A stretch of 55,077 nt of DNA from Candidatus Thalassarchaeum sp. (GCA_030748335.1 JASMMD010000004.1:1-55077); one strand, 5' to 3'. Positions 46,102 through 55,034 are shown, numbered from the stretch's first letter. The notes: generated by a model from the letters alone, not told the origin. Numbers and translations are program-made.

Positions 46102-46929
46102 ATGGCGCGACGAGGCACTGCTAGGCGGGGGCCGTTCGGCCGATGGTGGGATAGTCGCAGTGACCAGCACTTCCAGATTATCGCTTACTCGACTATTCTC
46201 TCGACCGCCTGCCTAGTCTGGGGCTTCGTCTTTCTGTTTGTACTCGGTGGCTATAGTGACCCGGAGGTCGAGCACCTGGTACCGTGGAGTTGGCTGGCCT
46301 TCGTCGGCGGCCTCGTCGTGGCGTTCTTCGCCGCGCCGGAGTTCTTCGTATACTGGGGTCAGCGGCAGATCCTCGAGGATATCCTACTCCTCGATTCGCG
46401 TCCCGAGATACTGCGTCGCCACAAGGAGGCCGAGGATGCTGCGGACATGCTTGGGAAGTCGTACCAAGCGCGACTGATGGGCCTGTACAAGGCACATAAC
46501 GTCAACATCGGCAAGCGGTACAAGGTAGACCCCGTCATCCCCCTCGCGCCACTCCCCTCAACAGGCGCAGATGAGACTGGAGCAAGCGTTCGTTCCGGCC
46601 ACTCGTGGTGGGACACCAACGACTCGACCCTCGCCAACGTCCTACCGGGGTTGCACACTCTAAGGAGGCAGTCCGTCAATCGAGGGTTAATCGGCGGCTC
46701 AATCACGGCGATTCTGCTGCTTGCATCCAACGCCACTCTCGGGCTGTTCACCAGTTCCAGCGGAGAGCGTGACCACACGCTCGACCTGACGGCGTCAATC
46801 TACGAGTTCGCACGAGTCTACGAACCATCCCCTCACTTCGATGTCATCAGCATCCTGTTCATCAGCCTGTTCGCCGGACTGTTGGCCTCCACTAGGCCGC
46901 GCCCTGTACCCGGGGACGAGGAGGAGTGA
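46102..46929 (+). CDS. Four-TM membrane protein of unknown function
   Basis: Hydrophobic helices (ILSTACLVWGFVFLFVLGG, WLAFVGGLVVAFFAAPEFF, LIGGSITAILLLASNATLGLF, VISILFISLFAGLLA). Coding-like composition. The stop lies 1 nt before the signal peptidase ATG. Confidence 0.5.
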   Translation: MARRGTARRGPFGRWWDSRSDQHFQIIAYSTILSTACLVWGFVFLFVLGGYSDPEVEHLVPWSWLAFVGGLVVAFFAAPEFFVYWGQRQILEDILLLDSRPEILRRHKEAEDAADMLGKSYQARLMGLYKAHNVNIGKRYKVDPVIPLAPLPSTGADETGASVRSGHSWWDTNDSTLANVLPGLHTLRRQSVNRGLIGGSITAILLLASNATLGLFTSSSGERDHTLDLTASIYEFARVYEPSPHFDVISILFISLFAGLLASTRPRPVPGDEEE

Positions 46930-46930
46930 G

Positions 46931-47740
46931 ATGTCATCGGGAATAGCTAGAGAAGCTATGCTGGCCCTCGGCCTAGTGGTTCTGCTGCTAGGGTCCATGT
47001 GGGTTGCTACTGGCTCCTTCCCCCCAATGGTCGTCGTCGAGTCCGGCTCGATGATGCATGAGGAGGAAGGCTCACTGGGAGCCATCGATCCGGGTGACCT
47101 AGTATTGGTGATGGATCCTGACAGGGTCGATATCGTAACCTTCGTAGAGGCCACTGAGGCAGGTAACGATGCCTTCGGATACCAATCACACGGCATGGAG
47201 GGGGATGTTATCATCTACAAGAAGAACGGCGGTTCTGACACCCCGGTAATCCACAGAGTCCTGCTCAAGGCAGTGGCCAACTCGTCAGGCGGTTGGGATG
47301 TTCCCGGCACCACTCTGCGCAATGTGGACAGCATAACCTGGACACTAGACTACCAGTGCCCTTACCATGGTGGGACCTATGACTTGGAGATAGACGACTG
47401 GATACCTTCTCATGAGGGCTACCTGACTACAGGGGATAACGAGGACAGCAACGGCTGCAAAATCGATCAGTTAGTAGCCGTGGGAGGAGATCCTAGAAAC
47501 GGCCTGAAAGATGAGAACGGAAATCCAGTACTGGCTGTGATGGATGAGTGGGTCATCGGCGTAGCCTCCACGGAGATTCCTTGGCTGGGCGCCGCAAAGT
47601 TGGCCTTCTCAGGGACGTCTCATCAAGTCACCGACACCGCATGGAGAAACCTCGCCATGGTCATCGCGACCATCATCTCTGTACCTTACCTAATCGAATT
47701 GGTTACAGAGAGGCGTAATTCATCCTACGAGGAGGAGTAG
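46931..47740 (+). CDS. Signal peptidase I, archaeal/eukaryotic Sec11 type (S26B)
   Basis: N-terminal TM, then VVVESGSMMH (catalytic Ser box), DPGDLVLV, VIHRV (His box) and GYLTTGDNEDSNG (GDN box). C-terminal TM. Confidence 0.8.
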   Translation: MSSGIAREAMLALGLVVLLLGSMWVATGSFPPMVVVESGSMMHEEEGSLGAIDPGDLVLVMDPDRVDIVTFVEATEAGNDAFGYQSHGMEGDVIIYKKNGGSDTPVIHRVLLKAVANSSGGWDVPGTTLRNVDSITWTLDYQCPYHGGTYDLEIDDWIPSHEGYLTTGDNEDSNGCKIDQLVAVGGDPRNGLKDENGNPVLAVMDEWVIGVASTEIPWLGAAKLAFSGTSHQVTDTAWRNLAMVIATIISVPYLIELVTERRNSSYEEE

Positions 47741-49249
47741 TCACACCAGTCGCGGCAGCATGATGGGAAGAATCACGATGAAGAGAATCAGGAAGTTACC
47801 CATCCTGCTGATACGCTCTGCCATCAGTTCCACTCGCATAGGGTGAATCCCGCTGGTTAGCCTGCTCAGTACTGAGTGAACCCCGTCCTTCACTATGTGC
47901 CCACCATCGAACGGCACCATCGGGATTAGATTCGCGAAGCCAAGCAGGAAGTTGATCCAGACCAACCAGAACAGGAAGTCGAACAGCATCAGCATTCCAG
48001 TGGTCCCAAGCGTCGAGGCAATGGCACCACCACTCGTCTCTAGCATCGCGCGCTCCTCAAGCAGCATCGTCTGCCCATCGTGTTGTATCGGGACCCCTAT
48101 CATCGCTAGCGGCGTCAACGCGGCGCCCAGAGCGCTCTGCGACACGGCATCCTCCCCACTCAGTATGCTCGAGTAGTAATCTACCGAAGACGAACTGGAG
48201 CGCAGCCCACTCACGCCGAGGAACGAATCACCGTTCTCGACCCCCATCTCGATTAACAGACTCTCGGTCTCCTCCACGCAGGCCGATTCGCCCCCACACA
48301 GCCCGACGTAGTACTCGTATCGGTCTCCGAGGGTTACAGTGATTTCGCGCTCTGCCCTATCGCCGTTCGAGTCAGGGTGGGAGATTACCGTGAAGACGGC
48401 CTCATCCCCAGAAGACAACACTTCCATCTGCTCTGAGAATTCCTTGTTTCCGGGTACTTCGGCCCCATCTATGTGGGTGATGATTTCATACGGGAGCAGA
48501 CCTGCCTCCTCGGCACCCTCGTCTGCGATGATTCCAGTAGCGTACACCCCCGGGTTGCTCGCAACAAATCCCGAGGCGACCGCTGAGAGTACAATCAATG
48601 CGACATAGGTGGCAATGATGTTGATCGACGGGCCGGCTGCATACAGACGGATCCTCTCTCTCCTAGGTGCACGGACCATCTCGTGCATCTGTGGCTCCGC
48701 GAAAGCACCGATTGGAACGGGCCCGGCAAGTAGGAGTCCGAAGCTGCGCACCCTCATCCCGTGGGCGCGCGCCTGAATCCCATGGCTGTACTCATGAATC
48801 ACCAATGCGAAGACGAGGGCAATAACCGGCCACCAGAAAGGCACAAAGCTAGTCACGCCCGGAATCAGTAGCAGGTCGCTGGCTGGAAGGTACTCCTCCG
48901 GTGGAGCCAAGACCGTGCTTATCGCACTGAGAATGAGCAGGGTGACTACTCCAAGCATGGCCAACAGGCACAGCCAGATTGAGAATTCGCCGAAACCCCT
49001 CCAGAATGCCCTCCTGCTTGAGATTCTCTCCAAGAACCGCTGCCCATGAGTGGTCCTTACCATCAGCACGATTCCGAGCATCTTCGACACTCCGTATCGG
49101 TCTAGGTACCCCTCGTCCTCGAGGTACAGCAGGCCGATGTACCAGAGTCCCATGATTACCACTACCCACACTGGCGTGCCGATGAAATACAGCAGATAGA
49201 GCAACAGCAGCGGGAGCCAGTAGCTCCTTCTGCTCTCGCCCTCTTCCAT
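47741..49249 (-). CDS. Site-2 protease (M50 intramembrane metalloprotease) with PDZ-like insert
   Basis: HEYSHGIQARAHG (HExxH) and NLIPMVPFDGGHIV (NxxPxxxxDG). The start was trimmed to the ATG at 49249 because the upstream extension is low-complexity and antisense to a better small ORF. Confidence 0.8.
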   Translation of the reverse strand: MEEGESRRSYWLPLLLLYLLYFIGTPVWVVVIMGLWYIGLLYLEDEGYLDRYGVSKMLGIVLMVRTTHGQRFLERISSRRAFWRGFGEFSIWLCLLAMLGVVTLLILSAISTVLAPPEEYLPASDLLLIPGVTSFVPFWWPVIALVFALVIHEYSHGIQARAHGMRVRSFGLLLAGPVPIGAFAEPQMHEMVRAPRRERIRLYAAGPSINIIATYVALIVLSAVASGFVASNPGVYATGIIADEGAEEAGLLPYEIITHIDGAEVPGNKEFSEQMEVLSSGDEAVFTVISHPDSNGDRAEREITVTLGDRYEYYVGLCGGESACVEETESLLIEMGVENGDSFLGVSGLRSSSSSVDYYSSILSGEDAVSQSALGAALTPLAMIGVPIQHDGQTMLLEERAMLETSGGAIASTLGTTGMLMLFDFLFWLVWINFLLGFANLIPMVPFDGGHIVKDGVHSVLSRLTSGIHPMRVELMAERISRMGNFLILFIVILPIMLPRLV

Positions 49250-49328
49250 ACTCAAGGGGCAGCATTTTCCCTCTTCAACCTGCGTCTGCTGCAGTAACCA
49301 CCTTGAGACAGTGCGCCTTGCGAGGTGC

Positions 49329-49517
49329 ATGACAGCCCCCTCTAAGGAAGACGAGAGGGGCTTGAACAGGCGAATCGACTCCCTCAGGCGCGAGCGCGAC
49401 AGCATCAGGAGACTGCTTGAGCAGGCATCGATGGAAGGGATCAGGGAGAACGTTGAGAGACTGAACAAGAGGCTCGACAGACTGGACTCCGAACTATCTG
49501 GAGAGAATGGTAGTTAG
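49329..49517 (+). CDS. Small (62 aa) coiled-coil protein, hypothetical
   Basis: MTAPSKEDERGLNRRIDSLRRERDSIRRLLEQASMEGIRENVERLNKRLDRLDSEL shows heptad-like charged periodicity. The opposite-strand reading is Ser/Leu/Arg-rich shadow-like sequence. Confidence 0.4.
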   Translation: MTAPSKEDERGLNRRIDSLRRERDSIRRLLEQASMEGIRENVERLNKRLDRLDSELSGENGS

Positions 49518-49525
49518 TTGGTGAA

Positions 49526-50095
49526 CTACGGTAGCGACTCGATCCTCTGAACGCTTGTCCCAGTGTCTATCGAGCGCGCTCCGTCGGAGCGGCACACCAA
49601 TGCTAGGAAGCGATGCAGGGGCATGCCTTGGGACCAGTCCAGATGCGGTGTGCCATTACGAGTCAGAGGCAGCTTCGGGATGCTTCTGGAGAGGTGCCGG
49701 AGCTTACCAGTCAACGACTCCACCTCTACGCGCATGATGCGCCAACTGTCTCCCCTGACCCCCTTGAGGCGGTAGGCGTAGAGCGGGAGCAGACCACACC
49801 TCTCCCCTGTCGAACGCAGTGCTTCGTACTGAGCCATAGTCCTCCCGGATAGATATTGCTTGGAGGACTTGGACGACTTAACCTCGATGGGGAAGCACAT
49901 GTCACCACGTAGAACCAGCAGGTCACCGGTTCCCTCGGAGCCGCTACCCGGGGCTCGGACCACTAGAAATGGACGCTGCACCACCTGCATAGCACGGGCA
50001 CGCTCGATCTCGCTGCACGATCTGATTACCGCGCGTACGCCATCCAACTCGCCCGCGAGCACAGCGCGCAACTCGCGCTCGTAAACGCCACCCAC
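49526..50095 (-). CDS. hjc: Holliday junction resolvase Hjc-like nuclease with insertion and C-terminal extension
   Basis: GTG start. YERELRAVL ... VVRAPGSGSEGTGDLLVLRGDMCFPIEVKSSK ... LPLYAYRL follows the Hjc E...D...E-x-K pattern. It carries an insert of about 25 aa after helix 1 and about 70 extra C-terminal residues. Confidence 0.6.
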   Translation of the reverse strand: MGGVYERELRAVLAGELDGVRAVIRSCSEIERARAMQVVQRPFLVVRAPGSGSEGTGDLLVLRGDMCFPIEVKSSKSSKQYLSGRTMAQYEALRSTGERCGLLPLYAYRLKGVRGDSWRIMRVEVESLTGKLRHLSRSIPKLPLTRNGTPHLDWSQGMPLHRFLALVCRSDGARSIDTGTSVQRIESLP

Positions 50096-50139
50096 GCCAC
50101 TATCGCGTTCTCAGGGTTCTTGAGAACATTGGTTGAGTC

Positions 50140-50781
50140 TCACTCGAACTTGCCCTTTCGGTATTCGCGAGTCCTGTCGACCCCTGGAAACCGATCCTCG
50201 CTCTCGCGGTAAATTGTCTTCATGTTGGTTAGGAAGTTATTCTCGTCCGTGACGATTAGGACCATGTCGACACCGGGGTCGTCCTCCCCATCCATCCACT
50301 CGAGGACGATTTCCATCGTCATCCGCGCTCCCTCTCTGTGAGGATAGGCGAAGACATCCATTCCTAGGGGAGGGGTGACCAAGGTCTCGCGTGGCTCAAG
50401 CCCCTCGACGGCCTCGAACAGCGCCTCGTACGACTTCTTCAGCAGCTCTCGCCTGAAGTTGTCCTGGGTCGGCCTCCTGCAATCGGGGCCAACGACGTGA
50501 ACTAGGTGCTTGGCAGGGAGGTTGAACGAGGGCGTCGTGACTGCTTCACCCACTCCGCATGGCTGCAGGTTGGATTTGCGACGCTCCCTAGCTATCCCAG
50601 CGCAGAATTCCCTGAGTTCTGGTCCTGCGGCCTGTTGCAACCTCTCGTCGAGCCCCTCGCGCCCAGCCAGCCTGTTGTTGGCCGGGACGACCATGACATC
50701 ACCCTCCACGCGAGCCAGATTGCCGAATACGACACGTACCTGACCATGCTGGCACTCGCGAACGATAACTACCTCGGCCAT
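50140..50781 (-). CDS. Macro-domain protein (ADP-ribose binding/hydrolase-like) with C-terminal extension
   Basis: GDVMVVPANNRLAGREGLDERLQQAAGPELREFC ... GEAVTTPSFNLPAKHLVHVVGP resembles the macro-domain core. The glycine-rich loop is divergent. Confidence 0.6.
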   Translation of the reverse strand: MAEVVIVRECQHGQVRVVFGNLARVEGDVMVVPANNRLAGREGLDERLQQAAGPELREFCAGIARERRKSNLQPCGVGEAVTTPSFNLPAKHLVHVVGPDCRRPTQDNFRRELLKKSYEALFEAVEGLEPRETLVTPPLGMDVFAYPHREGARMTMEIVLEWMDGEDDPGVDMVLIVTDENNFLTNMKTIYRESEDRFPGVDRTREYRKGKFE

Positions 50782-50882
50782 AGGCCCTCAAGGTGGGGCC
50801 ATCGGATATCTAATCATCGGGCATCACCCCCAAATCCATCGAGTAGGTAACCTTGATTCGCAATGGCTTACTTGGTTCGTAC

Positions 50883-51116
50883 ATGTCGGTCGGATACGTG
50901 CTGATTAACGTCGAACCGGGCTCGGAGTCTAGCGTGTGTCACGCAGCCACCAGTCTGGGATGTGTCACCGACGCCAATTTGCTCTTCGGCGACTACGACC
51001 TGATTGTCAAGGTCGAGGGTGACGACATGGGTGACATTGCCCGAAATGTCGTCGAATCCATCCGATCCATCCCAGGAGTGGCCAATACCAAGACCCTGGC
51101 CTGCGCCGAAATGTAA
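50883..51116 (+). CDS. Stand-alone Lrp/AsnC-type ligand-binding (RAM) domain protein
   Basis: VGYVLINVEPGSE...VTDANLLFGDYDLIVKVEGDDMGDIARNVVESIRSIPGVANTKTL matches the AsnC_trans_reg pattern. No HTH domain is present. Confidence 0.6.
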   Translation: MSVGYVLINVEPGSESSVCHAATSLGCVTDANLLFGDYDLIVKVEGDDMGDIARNVVESIRSIPGVANTKTLACAEM

Positions 51117-51231
51117 GATTTCGACCCCCTTGGGATTTGGTAAAACCCTCTAATTGAGGCGCAGTATAGCGTTTCTCCGCCCATAACTTCATTATCCCTT
51201 CTGAAAGCGCGCGGAGCGGAGGAATTGCTTC

Positions 51232-51495
51232 ATGTCAGGAAAGAAATACTTCGTACTGATGGAAGGCGGAAGCGACACCACGCAGGTGTTCGTTAGCAAG
51301 CAGCCACGCGGTGCGGCCCTCAAGGCGGCCACGCGTGGACACACCGACATAGAGCTGAGGGAGCGTGGGACCAACAAGGTCCACTGCTTCTCTGGCTGGA
51401 CTGAGATGGTGAACAAGCCCAAGAACGGGCCTGCATGGCTACCGGCTAAAATCAAGAAGGCGAACGTCAAGAAGAGTGGAACAAAGCGCATCTAG
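51232..51495 (+). CDS. Archaeal chromatin protein MC1
   Basis: FVLMEGG...VFVSKQPRGAALKAATRGHTDIELRERGTNKVHCFSGWTEMVNKPKNGPAWLPAKIKKANVKK is collinear with the Methanosarcina MC1 sequence as I recall it (GKQPRQAALKAANRG...RLRERGTKKVH.F.AW...PKN.PAWMP). GGAGG lies 11 nt upstream. Confidence 0.8.
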   Translation: MSGKKYFVLMEGGSDTTQVFVSKQPRGAALKAATRGHTDIELRERGTNKVHCFSGWTEMVNKPKNGPAWLPAKIKKANVKKSGTKRI

Positions 51496-51568
51496 CGCCT
51501 TGGCACTCTCTTGATCGCCGGTACGGATTACACCCCACCCGGGAGCGGAGCCTCTATCCCGTTCCAAA

Positions 51569-52330
51569 TCAGTCCGAGCGGAGTTTGCGCGCTAGCATGA
51601 CGAGCGGGTCGTAGAATTCGGTTACAACCCTCTCCTTGAGGGGGATAATCGCGTTGTCCGTGATGTTGATTCCCGCCGGACACACTTCCGTGCAGCACTT
51701 GGTGATGTTGCAGTAGCCGATGCCGAAGTCATCTTTGATCTCAGGAATCCGACTCTCCGTGTCCAGGGGGTGCATTTCGAGCCCCGCCAGGCGCACGAAG
51801 AAACGCGGTCCGGCGAATTCATCGAACATCTGATGCTCGCGTAGTACGTGGCAGGTATTGACGCATAGCATGCACTCTATGCACGAGCGAAACTCCTGTA
51901 GTCGGTCAGCCTCCTCCTGACGGAACTCCCAGTCGAACTCCTCTGGGCCGCTGATTGGAGTAATCCTGCGATCCGTGTCATACGCCCACGATGAATCGGT
52001 CACCAGATCTTTGGTCAGGGGGAAGGCCTGCATCGGCTTGACGAGCACCGGCTCTCCGTCCGGAGCCTCCTCGAGCACATCCTCCATCCTAGTCATGCAC
52101 ATCAGTTTTGGTTTACCGTTGACCTCAGCGCTGCACGAGCCGCACTTACCGGCCTTGCAGTTCCAGCGGCACGACAAATCGGGGGCCTGCTCGGCTTGGA
52201 TTCTGTGGATGACGTCGAGCACGACCATCCCCTCGTCTAGGGCTACGGTGTAGTCGACCATCTGGCCGAACGGCTCGCCATCGGCATCGGGCTCGCCCCT
52301 GAAGACTCTGAACGTCACCTCGTCCATCAC
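51569..52330 (-). CDS. sdhB: Succinate dehydrogenase/fumarate reductase iron-sulfur subunit
   Basis: CRWNCKAGKCGSCSAEVNG...LMC (2Fe-2S), CIECMLCVNTC (4Fe-4S) and CNITKCCTEVCP (3Fe-4S). Confidence 0.9.
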   Translation of the reverse strand: MMDEVTFRVFRGEPDADGEPFGQMVDYTVALDEGMVVLDVIHRIQAEQAPDLSCRWNCKAGKCGSCSAEVNGKPKLMCMTRMEDVLEEAPDGEPVLVKPMQAFPLTKDLVTDSSWAYDTDRRITPISGPEEFDWEFRQEEADRLQEFRSCIECMLCVNTCHVLREHQMFDEFAGPRFFVRLAGLEMHPLDTESRIPEIKDDFGIGYCNITKCCTEVCPAGINITDNAIIPLKERVVTEFYDPLVMLARKLRSD

Positions 52331-54174
52331 GATCCCTCCTCATGCAGGTCTTCTGTGTCCAGCAGCGACTTCAGCTCCTCGGGAATCTCAGGATACGATG
52401 AGTAGGCGATTTCCATGGAGCCGTCATCACCCATCGAGATGACACTGTTCACCTTGCCCCAGTGCGAGTGGTCGGTATCCGGGAAGTCGTCCCTAGTGTG
52501 AGCACCCCGACTCTCCTCTCTCCTCAGCGCTGCCAGAGCGCACATTCTACTGACGTCAATCATCGCTGCCAGTTCCAACGCCTGATGCCAGCCCGGGTTG
52601 TATGTCCTGGTCCCTCCGGGTGAGGTGATATTAGCCCGCTTCTCTAATTCGTCCAAGTCGGAAAGCGACTCCAGAAGCAGATTCCTAGTCCTGATAATCC
52701 CGGCCTTGTCCTGCATCATCTCGCGCAGGTCACTGACCACCTTCGCAGGGTTCTCCCCGCCCTCGCGGTCCAGTGGAGCCAGCGTTTCAGCGACGACTTC
52801 ATCGATCTCCACTTGGTCTATGCCTGCGAAGTACCCCATCTGCTTGGAAGCCTCCGCGGCCTGCTCGCCAGCTATCCTGCCGAACACAATCAGGTCTGAA
52901 AGCGAGTTGCCGCCAAGGCGGTTGGCTCCGTGCAGTCCCGTGGCGACTTCGCCAGCCGCGAACAGGCCCGGAACCGACGTCTCCTGAGTGTAGGGGTCGA
53001 CCTTGACCCCACCCATCACATAGTGAGCGGTCGGGCCGACCTCCATCGGCTGCTCGGTGATATCCACGGCGGCGAGTTCCTTGAACTGGTGGTACATCCC
53101 AGGCAGCTTCTTCTTGACCTCGTCCTCGTCCCTCCAAGATATGTCGAGGTAGGCACCGCCATGCTCCGAGGCCCTGCCCGCTCCCCGTTCGCTGTTGATT
53201 GCCTTGGCTACGACGTCGCGAGTCAGGAGTTCTGGAGGCCGGCGCTTGGTGGCGAGTTGGCCCGAAATCACTTCGTCGACCCATGCCAGTGCCTCCTCCT
53301 CGGTGTCGGCGAACTCGTCCGCGTACATCTCGGGAACGTAGTCGAACATGAAGCGGTCACCCTCGGAGTTGCGCAGCACTCCACCTTCTCCCCGCACTCC
53401 CTCGGTGACGAGGATACCCTTCACCGAGGGCGGCCATATCATCCCCGTCGGGTGGAACTGGACGAACTCCATGTCACCCATCTCGGCTCCTGCCCAGTAT
53501 GCGATGGCGTGACCCTCGCCGGTGTACTCCCACGAGCCCGAGCAGACCTCCCAGCAGCGCGTTATGCCCCCCGTTGCCAGTACCACCGTCTTGGCCTTGA
53601 ATACGTGCAGCGTCCCGTCGTTACGGTCGTATGCGAAGCATCCGGAGATGCGCCCGTCGGTCTTGAACAGCCTGCGTACAGTGAATTCCATGAACACGTC
53701 CATACCCATGTGGACGCCCTTCTGCTGTAGAGTGCGAATCAGCTCGAGGCCCGTGGCGTCGCCGATGTGGGCCAGCCTCGGGTAGGTGTGGCCGCCGAAG
53801 TTGCGTTGGCTGGTCAGTCCCTTCGGCGTCCGGTCGAAGACGGCGCCCCACTGCTCGAGTTCGCGAATCCTGTCTGGCGACTGCTGCGCATGGATCTGGG
53901 CCATCCGCCAGTCCCCGAGGTACTTGCCACCCTTCATCGTGTCACGGAAGTGGGTCTGCCACGAGTCCCGGTGGTCCTTGTTGGCGAGCGCCGCGGCCGC
54001 ACCGCCTTCGGCCATCACGGTGTGTGCCTTACCCAGCATTGATTTGCAAATCATCGCGACGCTCACCCCGGCAGCGCTGGCCTCGATAGCGGCGCGCAGC
54101 CCGGCGCCCCCGGCGCCGATGACGACGACGTCGTGCTCGTGCATCAGCACGTCATCCATCACAAGCCACCCCAC
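52327..54174 (-). CDS. sdhA: Succinate dehydrogenase/fumarate reductase flavoprotein subunit
   Basis: DVVVIGAGGAGLRAAIE dinucleotide fold, HTVMAEGG (FAD-attachment His region), HPTGM and RLGGNSLSDLIVFG. The start may be the ATG at 54159 (TGATG overlap with the upstream stop) rather than the GTG at 54174. Confidence 0.9.
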   Translation of the reverse strand: MGWLVMDDVLMHEHDVVVIGAGGAGLRAAIEASAAGVSVAMICKSMLGKAHTVMAEGGAAAALANKDHRDSWQTHFRDTMKGGKYLGDWRMAQIHAQQSPDRIRELEQWGAVFDRTPKGLTSQRNFGGHTYPRLAHIGDATGLELIRTLQQKGVHMGMDVFMEFTVRRLFKTDGRISGCFAYDRNDGTLHVFKAKTVVLATGGITRCWEVCSGSWEYTGEGHAIAYWAGAEMGDMEFVQFHPTGMIWPPSVKGILVTEGVRGEGGVLRNSEGDRFMFDYVPEMYADEFADTEEEALAWVDEVISGQLATKRRPPELLTRDVVAKAINSERGAGRASEHGGAYLDISWRDEDEVKKKLPGMYHQFKELAAVDITEQPMEVGPTAHYVMGGVKVDPYTQETSVPGLFAAGEVATGLHGANRLGGNSLSDLIVFGRIAGEQAAEASKQMGYFAGIDQVEIDEVVAETLAPLDREGGENPAKVVSDLREMMQDKAGIIRTRNLLLESLSDLDELEKRANITSPGGTRTYNPGWHQALELAAMIDVSRMCALAALRREESRGAHTRDDFPDTDHSHWGKVNSVISMGDDGSMEIAYSSYPEIPEELKSLLDTEDLHEEGS

Positions 54175-55034
54175 AGCACGACATCGGTCAACCAGCCCAT
54201 GGTGCAGGCGTAGATGTAGAGGTCAGCGAACATGACGATGAACAGGGAGTAGAGCGCCCATTCCTTGTGGTACTCGTTGAACCACGTCGAGAACCTCCAC
54301 ATCCGGTACCTCAACGTCGGTCGTGAGTCTTTGGTCCAGAGGTCTGAGCCCCCTCCCACTAGGTGACGGAAGGCATGGCACCCGAAGGTGTAGCCCGAGA
54401 GGGCGATGACGTTGGCAGCGAGAACCAGCGAGCCCACCGAGATGCCGTACGAGTGGGCGTGGCTTACGACGTCGTGGAAGTTGACCGACAGCCAGACGTC
54501 GTAGGACAGTATCGGTAGGTAGGCGATAGCCGCGTACAAGAAGTAGCGATGCAGGTTCTGGACCAGCAGCAGACCGGTCTCCCCGCTGTACTCGTTCCAA
54601 GGCTTGGAGACTGCGCATCCGGTGGGCTGCTGCATGAAGGCGCGGTAGTACGCCTTGCGGTAGTAGTAACACGTGCCCCTGAAACCAGCGGGGAATATCA
54701 GGATGAACATCGCCGGTGACATCCAAGCCAGAGCCATAGGCACCATCGAGCCGAGCTCGTTCTCACCGGGCAACACTAGGGGGCTGAAAAGCGGGCTGAG
54801 GACGTGACTGCCCTCGCTCTCGATGGCCATGGTCTGGGTGCCGGCGCTCCTGCCGAAATCCTCGAAGATCCAGAAGTCGGCCTCCATGAAGCCACGCCAG
54901 GTGGCGTATACGATCATAATCCCGAGATAAGCGGCCATTGCTGTCGGCCCCTTCCACCAGTCATCGACACGGTCCGTGGCGCCGAGACCCTTCTTCATCG
55001 GGAGCGGGAGTTTGACGCCCTGACTCATGTGCAT
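54159..55034 (-). CDS. Putative single large membrane-anchor subunit of SDH (atypical, about 5 TM, 291 aa)
   Basis: Overlaps the sdhA start in a C-A-B gene order. Five hydrophobic segments. Conserved-looking Cys/His clusters (RGTCYYYRKAYY, GCHAFRHLVGG, HDVVSHAHSYG). No similarity that I recognise to classical small SdhC/SdhD. Confidence 0.5.
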   Translation of the reverse strand: MHMSQGVKLPLPMKKGLGATDRVDDWWKGPTAMAAYLGIMIVYATWRGFMEADFWIFEDFGRSAGTQTMAIESEGSHVLSPLFSPLVLPGENELGSMVPMALAWMSPAMFILIFPAGFRGTCYYYRKAYYRAFMQQPTGCAVSKPWNEYSGETGLLLVQNLHRYFLYAAIAYLPILSYDVWLSVNFHDVVSHAHSYGISVGSLVLAANVIALSGYTFGCHAFRHLVGGGSDLWTKDSRPTLRYRMWRFSTWFNEYHKEWALYSLFIVMFADLYIYACTMGWLTDVVLWGGL

